NCBI GenBank assembly: GCA_036785375.1
Contig: JAWMAR010000026.1
Location: forward strand, 9,920,001-9,984,000
DNA length: 64,000 nucleotides
From: Leucoraja ocellata
Taxonomy: Eukaryota
Direction of reading: 5' to 3'
Shown: positions 1 through 12,225 of the stretch, in pieces
Position numbering within the stretch: the first letter of the stretch is position 1
How the letters are laid out: every line of letters starts with the position of its first letter
Position numbers and translations under genes: made by a program
Notes under the pieces: model-generated
Database searches by the model: none
Told to the model about the DNA's origin: nothing
Seen by the model: the letters and a program-made list of their open reading frames with translations, nothing else

Positions 1-1550
1 CCTTCAATTATTAGATTCTTGTGGTAACAGAAAGTTGGAGTGAGAGTCTGAAGTAATGAAGGGGGTCATGGGAAATGTATGTCACTGCAGAGAACTAAGG
101 TTTGGCATGAGAACAGGCAAAAATATGAGTAGCATACCAGGTCCCTGAAGCCTACATTGCAATATGATCATGCTTGTTGTGCCCTAGGCCTCATTTTCTG
201 CGCCAGTTCCCCATAATCTTTGATTCCCTGACCTTTTGAGAAATGTATCAATAGGTTGAAATTCTCCAGTGCAGCACCCTTGTGACAGGACTGGTACCAG
301 GCCACCGAAATACATTTGCCCCAGTCATCTTCCTCTTAATCTTCTTTTTCAGTAAATACACCGCCTGGGTCATGTAAGGATTCCGAGGACAGATTGTAAT
401 CTAAAATTACTGAAAGGCGGAAATGCTTGGCTGAAATTGCAGATTCCACTGGTGGACTAATTAGTCACAGATCCGTACAGATCTTGGAGAATGTTAGAAT
501 TAGTTAATTAGTACAGATCTTGTAATACAGATTCAAAACCTTTTGGGTCACGTACCATAATAAAAGTAGCAGCAAATTCTGAAACCACACCAGAGTGTTT
601 CAACCTGTAGCTCCTCTGTTAATGCTCCGTCTGATCGAGCACCTCAGCCCTCTAGGGTAGAGAATTCTGAACTGGAAGAGGACTGGATTGTAGAATAGGA
701 AGGCACGGAGGAAGAGAGACACACCAATATTCACGTTGTTGCTAAATTGGTCTTGTGGTTTCAGAATTTGCTTCCCCTCTTATTATGACACATGTAGCGA
801 CCTCTTAGCACCACCCACAGCATATGGACTAAACTGTGACACAACCAGTGAGAGACTTCATTAAGCCTTACAGCACAGAAACGGACCCTTCAGAGGAAAC
901 CCATACCATCGCTTGGATTCATCGCGACTTCCATATCCATCTCTTATCAGAAAATGGACAAAATGCATCATAATGGGCACAAAGTAACCCAAGAAATTCC
1001 CCCATCCCACCTCTCTTCACAAACGAGGACCAGCAACTCATTTTTGGGCTGCATTAATCCAGGCAAATGGTGAATGCCATCCTGACTTGTAGATGATGGA
1101 ATGGTTTTCGGGTGTGAGCGGACAAGTCACCTACCACAGCATAGCAAGTCTTTGACCTGCTCTTGTAGTCTGTGACTGGTCCGCTTGAGTTTGTGGTTGT
1201 TGTGAACCTGCTGCACTCCAGATGTTGGTGCGGGCATTAATGCCATTGAATGTCAAAGATTTGTGGTTTAGCTGTTGCCGGAGATGGTTTTTCCCTGCAT
1301 TGTGAATGTTACTTGCCACATCAACCTGTTCCTGTGCCCAATCAATGACCTAGCATCATCCTGGTGGTGGTAACTCACACTGAAACATCCAAACCCCCAA
1401 CCCTGTCCTACTCCGGTAAACTGCGCAAGGCCCGGCAAGTATTAATAGTAGATGCTGCGTCCTTCCATCAATGTAATAGAGGAGATGGTATACTGAAATT
1501 AAAATTAGGTGGAACATTTGGATACCACATTAAAGACCTGGAGATAATTA

Positions 1551-1815
1551 GGGCAGCACGGTGGCGCAATGGTAGAGTTGCTGCCTTGCTCCTGAAATCT
1601 CCAACAAGAGGCTGCCAACTCCATGATGTTAGGCCGCAGTGCGTACGGAGATACGATAAGGAAAAAAAAATCACATATTCGTCGGGGTAAGAGGTTACAA
1701 AAAAGTTTCCCCATCCCCCACATAAAACAAGCTATAGAACACTAAAACATATTTAACACGTACTATAAAACAACAAAGAAGGAAAGGTTCGATCCTATCT
1801 CTAAATTAAACTAAT
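1551..1815 (+). mobile_element. Disrupted tRNA-derived SINE with an inserted fragment of the GC-rich retroposon family
   Basis: SINE head gggcagcacggtggcgcaatggtagag at 1551. B-box remnant ggttcgatcct and tail ctctaaattaaactaa near 1786-1815. The intervening sequence resembles 19600-19780. Confidence 0.6.
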
Positions 1816-2503
1816 GATATATTTTGGATTAATCTCCAAATCCTGGGATCTTCTCATTCCCTGTGGATCTTTAGCCCAAGAGGGCTGTATCTTGTAATGA
1901 ATTGCCTTGTCCACTGGACTGCAGTGGTCTCCAGAGCCCAGTAAGCCTTGCGGGACAGGGGCTGTAGCTGCCTGCTCTTAGCAGCCTCCCAAACCACTGG
2001 GACACACTCTGACAGATGACTTGTTCCAGACCAAGTGTTGGCGCATAGGATCAGAGTTTAATCAGTCAAAGCACTTAAAACCCAAGTGAAATATGAATTG
2101 GGCCTTCTACAATGCTGGAGCTTGGTCTGAGGGCCGGGTTAAAATTCTCCAGGGGTGTCTTGGCCTTCGGTTGTGCCCCTCGGATGTAATTACAATGTGC
2201 ATATGGATGCCAGTTGTGATGGAGGGGTGAAAATTGATGCCGTTTAACTCCCTACAGCAGGAATGCATCAAACCGAGGAGCCTGTGACCAGCTTTAAACT
2301 CTTTGTTAAAATATTTATGATATAAAACAAATTAGAGTCTGGGAAATTATCCAGCAGGGAAAGGAACGAGTTTGCAATTATATTGTCTCTGAGTTACATA
2401 AGCCATCTTGCAGCCAAGGAAGTACGTTATGAAGTATTTTAGTTTAAATCAGATTCCACAATAGGAATGCTATAATGGCCATCCTTGCATTTTTGGGCAG
2501 CAG

Positions 2504-2534
2504 ATGGTTCAATTGTGTGCATGGGCTACCGTAT
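2504..2534 (+). CDS. IL34: IL34 candidate first coding exon (MVQLCAWATV+t), start of signal peptide
   Basis: ATG directly follows an acceptor-like ttttgggcagcag. MVQxxxW resembles teleost IL-34 N-termini. Only the donor t|GTGTGT at 2535 gives the phase 1 needed by the next exon (T+AT=Tyr, as in human). That donor is weak and flanked by stronger out-of-frame GTs. Confidence 0.5.
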
Positions 2535-3562
2535 GTGTGTGAGTACACTCTCAGAGGGAGAAATGGAGACACAGCGAGACAGAGGGAGAGAGACTTGCGG
2601 ACAGATGGAGGGGAATACTCATGCAGGGAGTGGGAGATTCATTAGGACAGAAACCGGTCCTTTGGTCCATTAGGACAGAAACCGGTCCTATGCTGACCAT
2701 CAAGTGCCTCTATGTACTATTCTTCTTTATTCAAACTTGGACAGGAGCTTATCATGTCTTGGTGATTCAAGCGCTTGTCTAGATACATTTTAAATGTTGC
2801 GACTATCTCTGCCTCCACCCCCCCTCTCAGGCACTGCGCTTTGGATTCCAACCACCCTTATAATGAACAAATTCGTGCTTGGATCCCCTCCAAATATCTT
2901 ACCTTAAAATTATAGCCTTTGGTCTTAGAATAACTAGGAAAGATCAACGAGAGAAAGAGAGGAAAATACTGCTGAAAATCTGGAATTGGTAGGCTTGGGT
3001 TTGTTCTCATGTTGAGGATCACCATCTGCTAGTCGCATTCAGTAAACTTGTACTCTACACCGTAAAGTGACCCTCATCCCATGTCATGTTTCTGATCCAG
3101 ATCCTTCCTCAATGTCGGTCTAACACAGCCCCATATCCTGACGCTCAGTAAAATTGATCTGGGTAAAGGCCAGCACAAACAGGACCCGCCCTGGGTTGAA
3201 TGCTAAAGTTTTGGCAGAAAGCAGACTTCAACTAGCTTGACCGGAATCCAATAAACTTGAGTTTTTAGGAGACACAAAAGACTGCAGATGCTGGAATCTG
3301 GCACTCGGTGTGTTGAGCAGCATCTGTGGAGGCGGGGTGACGGTTAACATTTGGTGCAGTTTGCAAACTTTATTGACTGTGGTCAGGGGGTATTGAGTGC
3401 GGAGGTTGGAATATCATATTACAAAACCACATTTTGGTTGACGAATGGGCTGAGCGTGGTTGACCATTTTAGACGAGTGGGCTTGCCATTAATGATTGCC
3501 ATTATTTTACCTCACTTTTCACACAATTGTAAATTCAACATGTCTTACCTCTCTCCCTGCAG

Positions 3563-3663
3563 ATTTAAATCTCCTTTGGGCACTGGTCACTGCTGACTCA
3601 CTATGCATCCATCTCCAGGAACTCCATAATAAGCTGCAGTACAGACAACGGGCCAAGTACACG
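3563..3663 (+). CDS. IL34: IL34 coding exon 2 (xLNLLWALVTADSLCIHLQELHNKLQYRQRAKYT)
   Basis: ctctccctgcag acceptor, acg|gtaaat donor, 101 nt, phase 1/0. C...KLQYRQRAKYT matches human ECTVTGFLRDKLQYRSRLQYM. Confidence 0.92.
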
Positions 3664-4364
3664 GTAAATGTTGCTACACTTCGCACGAGCATGTAACCCC
3701 ATGGAAGCCTCTGACAACGCGTTAGTTCCCAACTTCACCAGGTGGAGAAGTGGCCAATTCCTCTGACCCACTCTGGGATATCAGTTTCTTTCCCCCCCGC
3801 CCCATACCCTCCTGTTTGTCCTCAACTGAAGTTACTGATCTCTGCCACATAAAAGTATTTGCTTGGCTGTGGTGCTTGTGCATGTACCAATAGCGTTGTG
3901 GTTGAGTTGTTCGAACATGGGGTCATCATAACTAATCCTGTCCCCGAGTGTGGTACCGGCTGTGTATGGGGAACTGAAGCAGCATTGCAGTATCAGGTAG
4001 TGGGAAGGTGGTTTCCCAGTGATATACCTGATCTGAGTTTGTGCTGAAGGTGGGATTGCCCACAATTACCCTCTTCCCATTTTGAGCAGAAGTTCAGGAG
4101 TCTCCCTCTTTCCCAGTCCATCTTTTTGCTGCATGAGTTTCCTGCTGATGTAAACTGTCATGGGTTCTGGGGATGATCCTTGTTCAGTGGGCCCCCATTC
4201 AGTCTGTGAGATTAGAGCGCGGATGCCAGGACATGTGTGCTCCACTTTAGCTGAATGTGAGGTGTATTTGGTGATCTTTCACCTCAGATCGTGATTGGAG
4301 CAACAGCGTGCTGTAGAGTTAAGTTGTTATGTGGGATTAATGATTGGTTTCATTTCATTTGCAG

Positions 4365-4442
4365 AAAGATTACTTTCCAATTAACTACACTGTGCAAGTT
4401 CATTATGAAGATATTTATCGAACGATAAATGTTACTCGGATG
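4365..4442 (+). CDS. IL34: IL34 coding exon 3 (KDYFPINYTVQVHYEDIYRTINVTRM)
   Basis: tttcatttgcag acceptor, atg|gtaggt donor, 78 nt. Matches human KHYFPINYKISVPYEGVFRIANVTRL with the same length and the NVT sequon. Missed by the ORF track. Confidence 0.97.
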
Positions 4443-5499
4443 GTAGGTTTGAATTCAAAAAGATCAACTTCTCTTTCCTGGTTTTCCTAACATGTCTCTG
4501 GATTGTGAACCTCTGAGCTATCAATCCATTGCGGATTCAGAGTCCTCCTCCTGCATCTTGCAACTATCCAACTATGCTCCTCTCAAGCTGGGTTCCAGAA
4601 GGATAGATATGTGGTGTTGGGGGTTACTTCTCTCCACTCTCCTGCTCCCATTCCCTCCTCTGAGGGACCATCTTCATGTTGGTGCACTTTTGTTTTAGTA
4701 TGTGGCATGCAAAACTCTTTCTGGAGTACACTGCTTTCTTTACCACAAGCCCCATCAGGTTGCCAATGTTGCGTGGTTGTGCTTGGGAAGAGGAGTTGAC
4801 TCATTGGATGAAAAACTACTTGCTTAGTGGGGCATCTATAACAAGCTCGGGTCATCATGCCTCATCATGCTTCATGCCTCCAAGATACCTTTGGAGCTTT
4901 GACCCTATTGTAACTATCAAACAAAAGGCAGCAAATTCACTTACAGGTATGTCTAACTTTAATAAGGTTTAACAGTCAGGAGTATTTAGTAGGTTTTGCT
5001 GTTTTGTAGAGATTGAATCCCGTGTTTAGTTTGAACCTGGCCAGTTACTTATGCATTCTCATCTTTATCTTCCATTCGCTGCCTGTCCGACCCATTTTGT
5101 ACCCAACTTCTGGAGGTTTTACTGATCCATTGTAAAAGCTTTTGCCTGCCGAATCAGTCATTGCAAATATGCAGTGCCCTGATAAATATGCACCAGGACT
5201 TTCTAAAGCTCTAACCTTTGGAGACATGAAACCTCACCTTCCAACTTTTCCAGTTTTTGTTAAAGAATGCCAACATGTTAACATTTCAGGTGGAATTTGT
5301 ACGTTAGTGTTGCTTCTGGTCATTTTAACGAAAACTGCTTGAACAGTCTTGTATTTCCTCAACAATAACTGCGATAGATGGAATGAATGCCAGCAGACAT
5401 CGGCCACTTTCAGTCCAGCCTTCCCTGTCTGTCAGAAAATAGTGCAATACAGACTGTTCCTTCCATTGCTGCTTCTTTCAGAAAGCTATTCTAGGAAAT

Positions 5500-6062
5500 A
5501 GAACAGTACAGCACAGGAAAAGCCTTCGCCCCATCATGCCTGCACCAATCATGATGTCAATCTAAACTAATCTCATTTTTCTGAACACGGACCATGTCCC
5601 GCCATTCAGGTGTCCTTTTAGATGCTTCTTAAACACTGCTATTGTATCTGCTCCCACCACTACTCTTGGCAATGCGTTTCAGGCATCTATCAAGGGGAGT
5701 AACTCATCTTCGACCAATGTCAGTTGGTCCCTCACTGGGAAACACTTATGTCAATGGGTAAAAGACTCTGCCTATCAAACTTGTCAACAACTCTTAATTG
5801 TATACCCCTTTATCTGCTCGCCCCTCAACCTCTGGCACCCCAGCACAACTAATCCTGGTTTGTTCAATACTTCTTATCATTGATCCCTCTAATCCAGGTA
5901 ACATCCTGGTAAACGTCTTCTGCACCAACTCCAAAGCCTCCACATCCTTCCTGTGATGGGACAACTAGAACTGTATACTATGGTCCAGATGCATCCTACC
6001 CACAGTATACACAGCTACAACACGACTTCCTGATTTTTTTTTTATACTCGGTGCCCCGACCG
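5500..6062 (-). mobile_element. Decayed CR1-like LINE 3' fragment
   Basis: Reverse complement resembles the CR1 ORF2 end and tail seen at 57394-58267. Confidence 0.7.
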
Positions 6063-6451
6063 ATGAATAAATTCTCCTCGACTCCTCCGATTTCTTTGTC
6101 GGATTGGAGTATGTGTGTGTGTGTATTCGGCAATCTAACCACGTCGAACCTCTGAAGCATTAGGGAATGAGCCTGAGGGGATGGACTTAAAATACTTAAT
6201 ACCGAAGAATGCAGTTTTTAGAGAGTTCAAGCTGACTGTGATTGGAGAAAGATGATCTTCATGAGAGGCCAGTAAAACCACACACAGCTCGATGTAACGT
6301 GGCAGGATGTTGATTTTCTGCTGGGTTTTTTTTCAGCAAGTAGAATTTAGTTTTCAAATAAAGTCTGAAGTCCTGAATGCTGAAGTGTAAATCAATTGCC
6401 ATTTGCCTCTGCTATCAGGTAATTAATATTCATCTCAATAAGTTCACTTTT

Positions 6452-6775
6452 GGGCGGCACAATGATGCAGCGGTAGAGTTGCTGCCTGATAGCGCCAGAG
6501 ACCCGGGTTCGATCCTGACTACGGGTGCTGTCTGTATGGAGTTTGTACATTCTCCCCGTGTGGGTTTTCACCAAAATCTTCAGTTTCCACCCACGCTCCA
6601 AAGAGGTACAGGTTTGTAGGTCAATTGGTGGGGTATAAAACGTCAAATTGTCCCTAATGTGTGTAGGATAGTGTTAACATGCGGGGATTGCTGGTCGGTG
6701 CAAAGACGGTGGGCCGAATGGCCTGTTTCCGTGCTATATCTCTAACCTAAAATTAAAATAACGAAACTAAAAATT
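6452..6775 (+). mobile_element. Full-length tRNA-derived SINE (HE1/V-SINE type)
   Basis: A box and B box (gggttcgatcct), conserved core, CR1-like tail gggccgaatggcctgtttcc and an A-rich end. Confidence 0.88.
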
Positions 6776-7074
6776 CTCACTGGATGAAACCCCACTGAGG
6801 TTCAAAACCCCCCACTGCACCTACTTTAGATCGCAGAATCTGGGAAGGACAGAGCAGTTGCTGAGAATGACTCTGGTTGTAGTGTTCTCCTAGGTCCTAC
6901 AAGCCACGAGGAAGGGAGTCAGTGGAGTATCGGATGGTGAGAAGCTTTAGTGGAATGATATGAATTGATATGAATTGGAGGGAGAAACTGACAATTGATT
7001 TACACTTCAGAATTTCTGACTGTCATCATTTTGGTTCCATTTTCTTTTTTTGTTCCATTATACTCATTAAGAAG

Positions 7075-7635
7075 GGCATTGACTACACAAGTTGGGATAT
7101 CATGATACAACTCTACAAGTTGTAGGTGAAACCACACTTGGAGTATTGTGTGCAATTCTGGTCACCATGTATCGAAATGATACCATTAAGTTGGAAAGAG
7201 TGCAGAAGAGATTCACCAGAATGTTTTTGGGACATGTGGGGTTGAGTCGTAGGGAGAGGTTGGATAGGCTTGCTCCTTTATTGTTGCAGCATATGAGTTT
7301 GAGGGATGGCCTTATTAAAGTACATGAGAGGCATGGATAAAGTTTTTCTTGGAGAGAGAATTTTAAAACTAGAGGGCATCTAGTTTATCTTATCTCATCT
7401 TATCTTAAGATAAGAGCAGGGAAATCTAAGTGGAACTTTGTTTACACTCAGAGGGTAGTCGATATTTGGAACAAACGACCGGAGGAATCCATCGTTGCAG
7501 ATACAATTAAGAGTCTCAAAAGATATTTGCACAGATATATGAATAGGAATGGTTTAAAGGAATAATGCCACAATTTGCTCAGCAACGACAAGTTGGGCCA
7601 TATAGCCTGTTTCCAAGCTGTATGGCTCTATAACT
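7075..7635 (+). mobile_element. CR1-like LINE 3' fragment
   Basis: KLERVQKRFTRM motif and CR1 tail. Confidence 0.85.
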
Positions 7636-7736
7636 AGTGTAGTCTGACCTACTAGGCATGTTCCACTGTTCCGTTATGACAACACACTATACAAAGAAGT
7701 AGTTGCGACAGGTACGATAACAACATTTAAAATACA

Positions 7737-8784
7737 CTAGACCAAGTGCAGAACCGTTGGGTCTGCTCCCCCAACGCAACGTGAGCAGGGCGGAGCCGAG
7801 GCCAGCGTGCGAAGCAGAGGCCAGCGTGCGGAGTAGAACCAATGAGTCGATGGTGGGTCGACCTCAAACAGTCCAAAGTGATGGTTGGGGAGCTGCTGTT
7901 TATGAAATGAGGCCCTTCCCCTGACATCACTGGAAGGTGGTGGAATATTCTGTTTCACTCTACCGTTGGGGGGAGGGCGAGGGGGGAGGGCGAGGGGGAG
8001 GGGGGAGGGGGGAAGGGGAGGGGGGAGGGGGGAGGGGGGGGAGGGGGGTGTTATGGTGTCACTGGAAGTGGTGCTTTAAATCGTGGTTTTTGCTATCCAT
8101 TGTGATTGGACGTCTGTGAGTGGCATTGTGACATCATCATTTGAAGCTGGTGGGAAAAGGCTCTCTGTGAGGTGTTTTTTGCCTTTTTTAATAAATTTCA
8201 AAGATGAATAACTTTGGAAATACAGGTGGGGATGCAACGGGAAGATGTTTATCGCCACCACGGGGAAAATGTCAGTAGGATGTGTGAAAATGGGAAGGCG
8301 TTTGTAAGAAAATAGGAAAACCAGATTGACACAGATACGCCACGTGGGCACATCAGATTCAGATTGAAACTTTATTGGCATTGTGCAGTGTACAGTACAG
8401 AGACAACGAAATGCAGTTAGCATCTCCCTAGAAGAGCGACATAGAATATGAGCAATTAATAAATATATTTACGTGCATACAGTCATAATAGTGCAAATAT
8501 TTTTTTCCTGGTGGAAGGAGGGGGGGGGGGGGGTGATTGGCAGTCACCGAGGTACAGTGTTGAGTAATGTAACAGTCGCAGGGAAGAAGCTGTTCCTGGA
8601 CCTGTTGGTCCAGCAACAGAGAGACCTGTAGCGCCTCCCGGATGGTAGGAGGGTAAACAGTCTGTGGTTGGGGTGAGAGCAGTCCTTGACGATGCTGAGC
8701 ACACTTCGCAGACAACGCTTGCTTGTGTTCTACAACACCTGTTCGTGGGCACAAACAGAACAAAATCTTTTAGTATTATATAGA
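7737..8784 (-). mobile_element. Non-autonomous Helitron
   Basis: On the - strand it starts TCTATATAAT and ends CTAG. Subterminal hairpin at 7748-7766. Inserted between A and T with no TSD, inside a CR1 tail that rejoins cleanly. Confidence 0.85.
8353..8725 (-). mobile_element. Rex1/Babar-like LINE 3' fragment nested in the Helitron
   Basis: Microsatellite-like tail with AATAAA on the - strand. Translation FTLLPSGRRYR...NSFFP-like. Confidence 0.7.
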
Positions 8785-11082
8785 TTTGGACAGGTACATG
8801 GATAACAAGGGTTTAATGGGATATGGGTCAAATGGATGTAAACAGGGGTAGTTTAGAAGCAATATCATGGTTAGTTTGGACAGGTTGGGCTGAAGGATCT
8901 GCTTCCATGCTGTATTACTTTACGACTCTAAGAAGTATAACGTGCTTCAAACTGCTGCATCAACTCATGACCTAGTAGAGACATTCACTTTGTTCAACCA
9001 CTCTACTGTTGAAAACTTTTTTTTCCTCATTTCTGACTAAGGGAATTTCACCTGAAATGTTGACTCTCCCTCTACAGATGCTGACTGTTTCCAGCATTTT
9101 CTGTTTTGTTTTACTTCAAATAATCCTGGAGTAAATCACAGGGTCATGTGTAGCTCAGTCAGAGATGCTTCCTGATCCTTTGAGTTACTCCAGCACTTTG
9201 TGTCTAACCTGGTGCATATTGGTTTATTATCGGATACCCATATATTCCAAGTCTGGTCTCTGAGTGGCTCCAGTCCCACATTGGAGATTCACCTCAAGTG
9301 CAGAATGTCAAACCACTCCAGCGGTGTGGACTGCTGCAGTTGGAAGGTTGACACAAGACAACTGGGCAGTGAATGAGTGCTGTCTTGCCAATAATGCTCC
9401 CTGTGGGAATGAATGAAATAAAACCACAACTTCTAAGGTCATTGACAATCTGAAGACAGTCTTGTGATTTTGGGATGGGTGTAGGTAGTTTGTCACCTAA
9501 CTTACAAACACTGAGCTATTCTTGAATTTCTTCCACATATTCAGCATTTATGGTTACTGTTTATAGTTCGGCAAAATACATGGATCATAATTCCCACACC
9601 ATTCAGCCCATGGAATTGATGCTAGCTTTTGGAGTAAACCCCACTTCTCTCACTTATTTCCCTGTAACCTCATCTCTTTCACATACCCATTAGCTCACCC
9701 ATATCTTCCAACCACACGCTAGAGGCAACTTTACAGTGGACAATCAAAACATGTCTCTGGGACATGTGAGGAAGCCCATGTGGTCACAAGGAGAATGTGC
9801 AAACTACAGACATACAGCACCAGAGATCAGGATTGACCCTATCGCTGGAGCTGTAATACAGCAGCTCCAGTAGCTAGATCCCTGTGTGCTGCCTCTAACA
9901 AATCATGAAAGTTGATCTGCAGAGCAGGTCATGTCCCTCAACCTGGGCCCTGTGGCTAAACCTGAGAGTGTTAAGATACTCTAACTTTAATTGGAGTCAT
10001 AAAGCGTGTCATTCCGTTGACGCAACTTATCCATGCCGACCAAGATGTCCCATCTAATCTAGTCCAATTTGCCTACCTTTGGCCCATATTCGTCTAAACC
10101 TTTCCTATCCATGACTGGGAAGGGAAAATGGTGCTTTCCACCATGCAGTAGTCTCCAAGTAGTCTGTAGTAGTCTGCCAAAACAACCATGACTTCATCAC
10201 TTGTGAGAATCTGATTCCTAAAACATCACCACTCTTGGGGCAGGCAGGAGCGGAGGGAGCTCTGGACGTCCGGGTACATCTCTAGCATGCCTGCCAGTAT
10301 CTTGCCCTGCCCTAAACTGTGTGACTGGTATAATCATTGCATGGGAGCTTTGTGTTATGAGCTATCTCAGGAATTTCTTATCATTCTTATCACGCAAATG
10401 CAATCAGGAAGTAATGCATGGCAATCAAACAAGAAAATGTGTATGGAGTAAATGGATGTTTGAGCCAATAATTTATTGTGGTCATGAACATTTTAATGAG
10501 AGTAGTAAATGAGACCAAGAAGCATATCGATCTGACCACATTCGCACAGTAGGATACGTGCTCTGTTTAAGATCCAGTGGAGCTTAGCTTGTGGCTCCCT
10601 CTACAGACCAGTGCTTTTAACCCTGTTTGTGAGGCCCACACTGGCTAATTGTTCTAGAAATAAGAGTGAAAGCTTCCTTGCCCTGAGTTAGCCCTTGGCT
10701 TGTATCGTTAAAACGAATAGCCTTTGTGAATGAGAAAGGGTGAGTATGTAGCACCATGGCTGGGTGACAGCCTTTCAAAATTCACATTTCAGCCTCATTA
10801 TCCAAAGAGGCATAAAGGGCTTTTGCAAAGATGTAAATTAAACCACCCAGGGAACATTCTGGGAGGATAATGTGAGGGGTTGAAGCTATGATTTAATTTT
10901 GTTGGAGAATTGAGATGATTTGAAACTCTAGACGCTTTGGGTTATAGTAAACTTGTAATAAAAGATCCCAGGAGAATTTAAGCTGTATGATTATATGGAT
11001 GCATGTAAATATAGAGACTCTCTGCTTGTCACTCTTGTATCCACTTCCCAATGGAATGTTTGCCTCTCCTTTTTTTTCATAG

Positions 11083-11250
11083 AGAAACAGAGGTTTTACT
11101 GAAAGTGACCTGAAGTTGTTATGGGTCTTCATTAATTCTCAAGTGTTGGAGACAATCCTTGATGTTCTTCCAAAAAGACACCCATCTAGAACCTATGTGG
11201 AGGATGTAGCCTTGCTGTTTAATTATTTGAGGATGGGTGTGGAAGAAATG
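11083..11250 (+). CDS. IL34: IL34 coding exon 4 (RNRGFTESDLKLLWVFINSQVLETILDVLPKRHPSRTYVEDVALLFNYLRMGVEEM)
   Basis: tttttttcatag acceptor, atg|gtaagt donor, 168 nt, phase 0/0. LWV...DVL..HPS..Y matches human LWVLV...DVLLEGHPSWKY. Confidence 0.95.
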
Positions 11251-11789
11251 GTAAGTTCTGCGGAGAAAGCAAAAGAGATTGATTGAAGTTCATACATGAG
11301 CAAAAATAGCAAGGTGGTTTTTTTTTTGTGTTGGAGGCAGCTGCTCAGGCAGCATCTGTGGTGGAAAAAAGGCAGACGATGTTTATAGTCAGGTCCTATT
11401 CTTCAGATTGCGGGTCTGTTCTTTTACTTATGGTGCTCCAGGTTAAATGAGATTCAATCAAGATTTGAGAACTCCTCTTTGCCCTCCCACACTCACGATT
11501 GCTGCCCTCACTGCTTTCTGTTCCACCCACAGCTCAGTTTTGAAATCTCCAAAATTTCCAAATGTGTGTTATGCGCTTACAGTTATGAGGGCGGTGATCT
11601 GCATGCTTTACACTGACATCAATCAATGGGCTATAGCAGTGGAGTCACTGCTACTTCTCTCTGACAACAATGGTTCTTACTACGATTTGGATCAGTAGTT
11701 TCCACCATTCTAAATGAAATCCCCCGTCCACACTCAGTAAAATATGTAGCCAACCATACATGCATGTAGCCAACCATACATTCCTGATG

Positions 11790-11901
11790 GTACACAAACG
11801 TTGCCTATTTCCTTTGCTCCATAGATGCTGCTGCACCCGCTGAGTTTCTCCAGCTTTTTTGTGTACCTTCGATTTTCCAGCATCTGCAGCTCCTTCTTAA
11901 A
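11790..11901 (+). mobile_element. Short Penelope-like retroposon with 15-bp TSD
   Basis: TSD catacattcctgatg at 11775-11789 and 11902-11916. Confidence 0.75.
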
Positions 11902-12087
11902 CATACATTCCTGATGATGTCCCGGCTGTTCCTTTAAAGGAAGCTTAGTTCAGCTTGCAGCTCTAAGGCCAGAGTAACTATTTGTGCTGAATGTGTTTCT
12001 ATTTAGTTTCCAACTGAATTACCCCATAAAGCCTCACAGACCTTGTGTCATTATGCACTTTCCCCTCTCCATAGACGATCATACCTC

Positions 12088-12225
12088 AGTCTGAAGAAGG
12101 GTCTCGACCTGAAACGTCACCCGAATGGAGAGCATCTCTGCAGAGATGCTGCTTGTCCCGCTGTGTTACTCCATCATTGTGTGTCTACAGTATAAACCGG
12201 CATCTGCAGTTCCTTCCCACACAGA
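12088..12225 (+). mobile_element. Penelope-like repeat with hammerhead-like core
   Basis: CTGAAGA-A-GGGTCTCGACCT-GAAAC-GTC at 12091-12118, followed by the family body. Confidence 0.65.

Noticed and set aside
6452-6525. tRNA-like A and B boxes
   Set aside because: SINE head continuing into the SINE core; not a tRNA gene.
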